Sequence record: DRR723986_14582
Length of the DNA stretch: 20,000 bases
Strand: one strand, 5' to 3'
A program made the position numbers and the translations under genes. The notes under the pieces were generated by a model. That model was not told the DNA's origin and did no database searches. It saw only the letters and a list, made by a program, of their open reading frames with translations. Below are positions 17,695 through 20,000 of the stretch, in pieces. Numbering within the stretch: the stretch's first letter is position 1; the number at the start of each line of letters is the position of its first letter.

Positions 17695-18666
17695 ATGTCA
17701 AATTCAAACGATAGCCAAGATTCACGCCAGCAGGCTGCCACTCGTGCAGCCAGCGTGGACCATGCGCTTGACACGGGCGAACTACCGGCTGAACAACCGG
17801 TCGGACAACCAGCTCCTTCGCCAAACAGAGCTCAAATTGCCCTCCACGACATGACGCTGCGGTTCGGCGGGCAAACCATCCTTGATCGGATCAACATCGA
17901 AATACCTCAGGGGCAAACCGTTGTCATTATCGGCGAGAGTGGTTGCGGCAAAACAATGCTGCTCAAGAGTGTCGTCGCACTCACAAAACCTACCGACGGA
18001 AGCGTGCGGTACAACAACCAAGACATCAACAAGCTGGGCGATGTAGAAATGACCGCGCTGCGGCGCAAATTTGGTTTTGTGTTTCAAAACGCGGCACTGT
18101 TTGACAGCATGACTATCGGTCAAAACGTGGCTTTTCCGCTGATTCAGCACAACATCGCCGACGGCAGAAAAGCGGATCGCATTGTCGCCGAGGCTCTCGC
18201 GGATGTTGGGTTGCCTGAATCGGTAATGCGGAAACGCCCTTCGGAACTCTCCGGTGGAATGCGCAAACGCGTGGGCCTCGCGCGAGCGCTAGTCCTGGAC
18301 CCTGAACTATTACTATACGATGAACCAACGACGGGCCTAGACCCGATCATGAGTGACGTTATCAACGAACTGATGATGCGGACCCGCGACAAATCCAACG
18401 TGACGAGCTTGATCATCACGCACGATATGAGGACGGCATACAAGGTCGCGGATCGTGTCATCATGCTGTATCCATTCGCTCGGCTGAAGAAGGGTGAAAA
18501 GCAGGTAATCTTCGATGGCACGCCCAAAGAACTTGAGAAGACACAAGACAAACGAGTGCGACAATTCGTAGAGGGACAAGCCGGTGAGCGGTTGATGGAA
18601 TTGCGTCGAACGACGTACGACGGATTTGACGAGACTCCCAAGCTCGTCGATCAATACCCCAGCTAA
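17695..18666 (+). CDS. mlaF: MlaF-family ABC transporter ATP-binding protein
   Basis: Walker A GESGCGKT, FQNAALFDSM, signature LSGGMRKRVGLARA, Walker B LLYDEPTTGLDP, ITHD. Located between mlaE and an MCE gene. Confidence 0.92.
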   Translation: MSNSNDSQDSRQQAATRAASVDHALDTGELPAEQPVGQPAPSPNRAQIALHDMTLRFGGQTILDRINIEIPQGQTVVIIGESGCGKTMLLKSVVALTKPTDGSVRYNNQDINKLGDVEMTALRRKFGFVFQNAALFDSMTIGQNVAFPLIQHNIADGRKADRIVAEALADVGLPESVMRKRPSELSGGMRKRVGLARALVLDPELLLYDEPTTGLDPIMSDVINELMMRTRDKSNVTSLIITHDMRTAYKVADRVIMLYPFARLKKGEKQVIFDGTPKELEKTQDKRVRQFVEGQAGERLMELRRTTYDGFDETPKLVDQYPS

Positions 18667-18669
18667 ATC

Positions 18670-18682
18670 ACGCAGGATGCGT
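18670..18682 (+). promoter_or_regulatory. GGA-loop hairpin (ACGCA-GGA-TGCGT) in the mlaF-mlaD spacer
   Basis: Perfect stem containing CAGGATG. Further GGA motifs follow before the mlaD start. Confidence 0.45.
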
Positions 18683-18757
18683 TGAAAGCAGCAGTTGGAT
18701 GGCGGCGTTGGCAATTCGCCGCTTTCTCGACAGCAAGAATTTCGGAGATGGACTGCC

Positions 18758-19963
18758 ATGGATGAACAAGGTTATCGCTTTGGCGTTGGAGTGCTGGTTG
18801 TTGCCAGCGTGACCATCGCCGTCATCTTGATACTTTTCTTCGGCGCTGCGCCCAACCTGTTCAAACAACAGTACGAAGTCACTATACGTTTCGATGCTGC
18901 GCCGGGCGTAGCGACTGATACACCAGTGCGCAAAAATGGAGTCAGGATCGGGCGCGTCAAATCGATCCGACTAATCGACGAAACAGAATCAACCACCGGC
19001 GGTGTCGACCTCACCCTGGAACTCGACGGCCAATACAAAATTCTCTCGCGTGACCTACCTCAAGTTGGAATTGGCTCGTTGATCACCAACGAGGCAGTGA
19101 TCGAATTTGTTTCCCCCACTGAAGATAGCATGCTGACACGTTTCGATGGCGTTGCCGGTTCCCCTCAAGATCGAATCATCGACGAGAACGAGCGACTGGC
19201 ATCATTGGTGCCGATCAAGGACGGCGACTACCTGTCGGGCGGACGGGTTGCACCTGATCCGTTCAACGCAATCAACAACATGCAAACCGAGTTCGCGAGC
19301 ACGCTTCAGTCAATCCGAAGCGCAAGTGACCAATTTACCGCCCTTGCAAACGACGTCCGCACTCTAGTCGGTGGCGGCGATGGTGAGTTGAAACGCATCG
19401 CTGCACAGGCTGAACAGACGATCGCCAACTTAAATCGAACGCTGGCCGCCGTTGAGCAAACCGTGGGTGATCCGGCGCTCCGCGATACGATCGCGACCGT
19501 GTCGGACAGATTGCCCGAGTTGATTGACAGCGCGGACCGGGTTCTTAGACAAACCGATGCAACGATCGCTTCTTTTCAAGGAGTCGGTCAAGCCGCAGAG
19601 GCTGCCGTGCAGAATATCACAGAGTTTACCGAACCGTTCGGCGAACAGGGAAATGCGATGGTCTCCGAAGTACGCAGTACCGTTCGCAACTTGGATGCCT
19701 TGTTGGTCGATCTGCGAGGGGTATCAGCAACGGTGAACCGGTTTGCACAACGGGTCAACAGCGGCCAAGGCACGCTGGCAAAACTTGTTGATGATGACGA
19801 ATTGTACTACTCCATTCTTTACACACTGCAGAACGTTGAGACGATCACGCGGCGTCTTCAGCCCATCGTTGAAGACGCTCGCGTCGCCAGCGACAAAATT
19901 GCTCGCAATCCCGGCGGCATCCTTCGCGACGCCCTCACCGGCTCCCGCGGCGGGCTCAAGTAA
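18758..19963 (+). CDS. mlaD: MlaD/MCE-domain protein with long C-terminal helical region
   Basis: Start ATG 18758 (GGAG RBS). N-terminal TM helix, F..APGV...TPVRKNGVRIGRVKSI (MCE), extended heptad region, and G.GTLAKLVDD.ELY motif. Confidence 0.88.
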   Translation: MDEQGYRFGVGVLVVASVTIAVILILFFGAAPNLFKQQYEVTIRFDAAPGVATDTPVRKNGVRIGRVKSIRLIDETESTTGGVDLTLELDGQYKILSRDLPQVGIGSLITNEAVIEFVSPTEDSMLTRFDGVAGSPQDRIIDENERLASLVPIKDGDYLSGGRVAPDPFNAINNMQTEFASTLQSIRSASDQFTALANDVRTLVGGGDGELKRIAAQAEQTIANLNRTLAAVEQTVGDPALRDTIATVSDRLPELIDSADRVLRQTDATIASFQGVGQAAEAAVQNITEFTEPFGEQGNAMVSEVRSTVRNLDALLVDLRGVSATVNRFAQRVNSGQGTLAKLVDDDELYYSILYTLQNVETITRRLQPIVEDARVASDKIARNPGGILRDALTGSRGGLK

Positions 19964-19977
19964 ACCAGCAAACGTAG

Positions 19978-19996
19978 TGCAGGCAGCCTGCCTGCA
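19978..19996. repeat. Short inverted repeat after mlaD
   Basis: TGCAGGCA-GCC-TGCCTGCA, an 8-bp perfect stem. No U-tract is visible before the window ends. Confidence 0.4.
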
Positions 19997-20000
19997 ACCG

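Noticed and set aside
1-20000. CRISPR arrays, tRNA/rRNA, IS elements, prophage or defence genes
   Set aside because: No spaced direct repeats, cloverleaf motifs, transposase/integrase or nuclease motifs were seen by eye.

Overview
Gene-dense bacterial chromosomal window of roughly 55% GC by eye. It is most likely from a planctomycete of the Pirellulaceae type. This is an inference from protein style, from lipoproteins with long disordered tails, and from normally operonic genes lying scattered. In order: a secreted alpha/beta-hydrolase running off the left edge (missed by the ORF track), a divergent YheT-like hydrolase, an internally duplicated PrsA/SurA-like foldase, an OsmC-family protein, an AlaC-like aminotransferase, a 57-aa acidic lipoprotein, fcl-gmd (GDP-fucose synthesis), an RluB/RsuA-family pseudouridine synthase with a long charge-segregated tail, pyrK without pyrD, a Tyr/Gly/Ser/Pro-rich lipoprotein, a flagellar fragment (FlgN-like, degenerate HATPase, flgB without flgC), an isolated trmD, and mlaE-mlaF-mlaD. 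I saw no tRNA, rRNA, CRISPR array or mobile element. The strongest unexplained signal is a recurrent class of short hairpins with GGA in or at the loop, in the leaders of about 7 genes, which resembles CsrA/RsmA target sites. Other leads are the degenerate HATPase next to flgB and several intrinsically disordered envelope or RNA-binding proteins.
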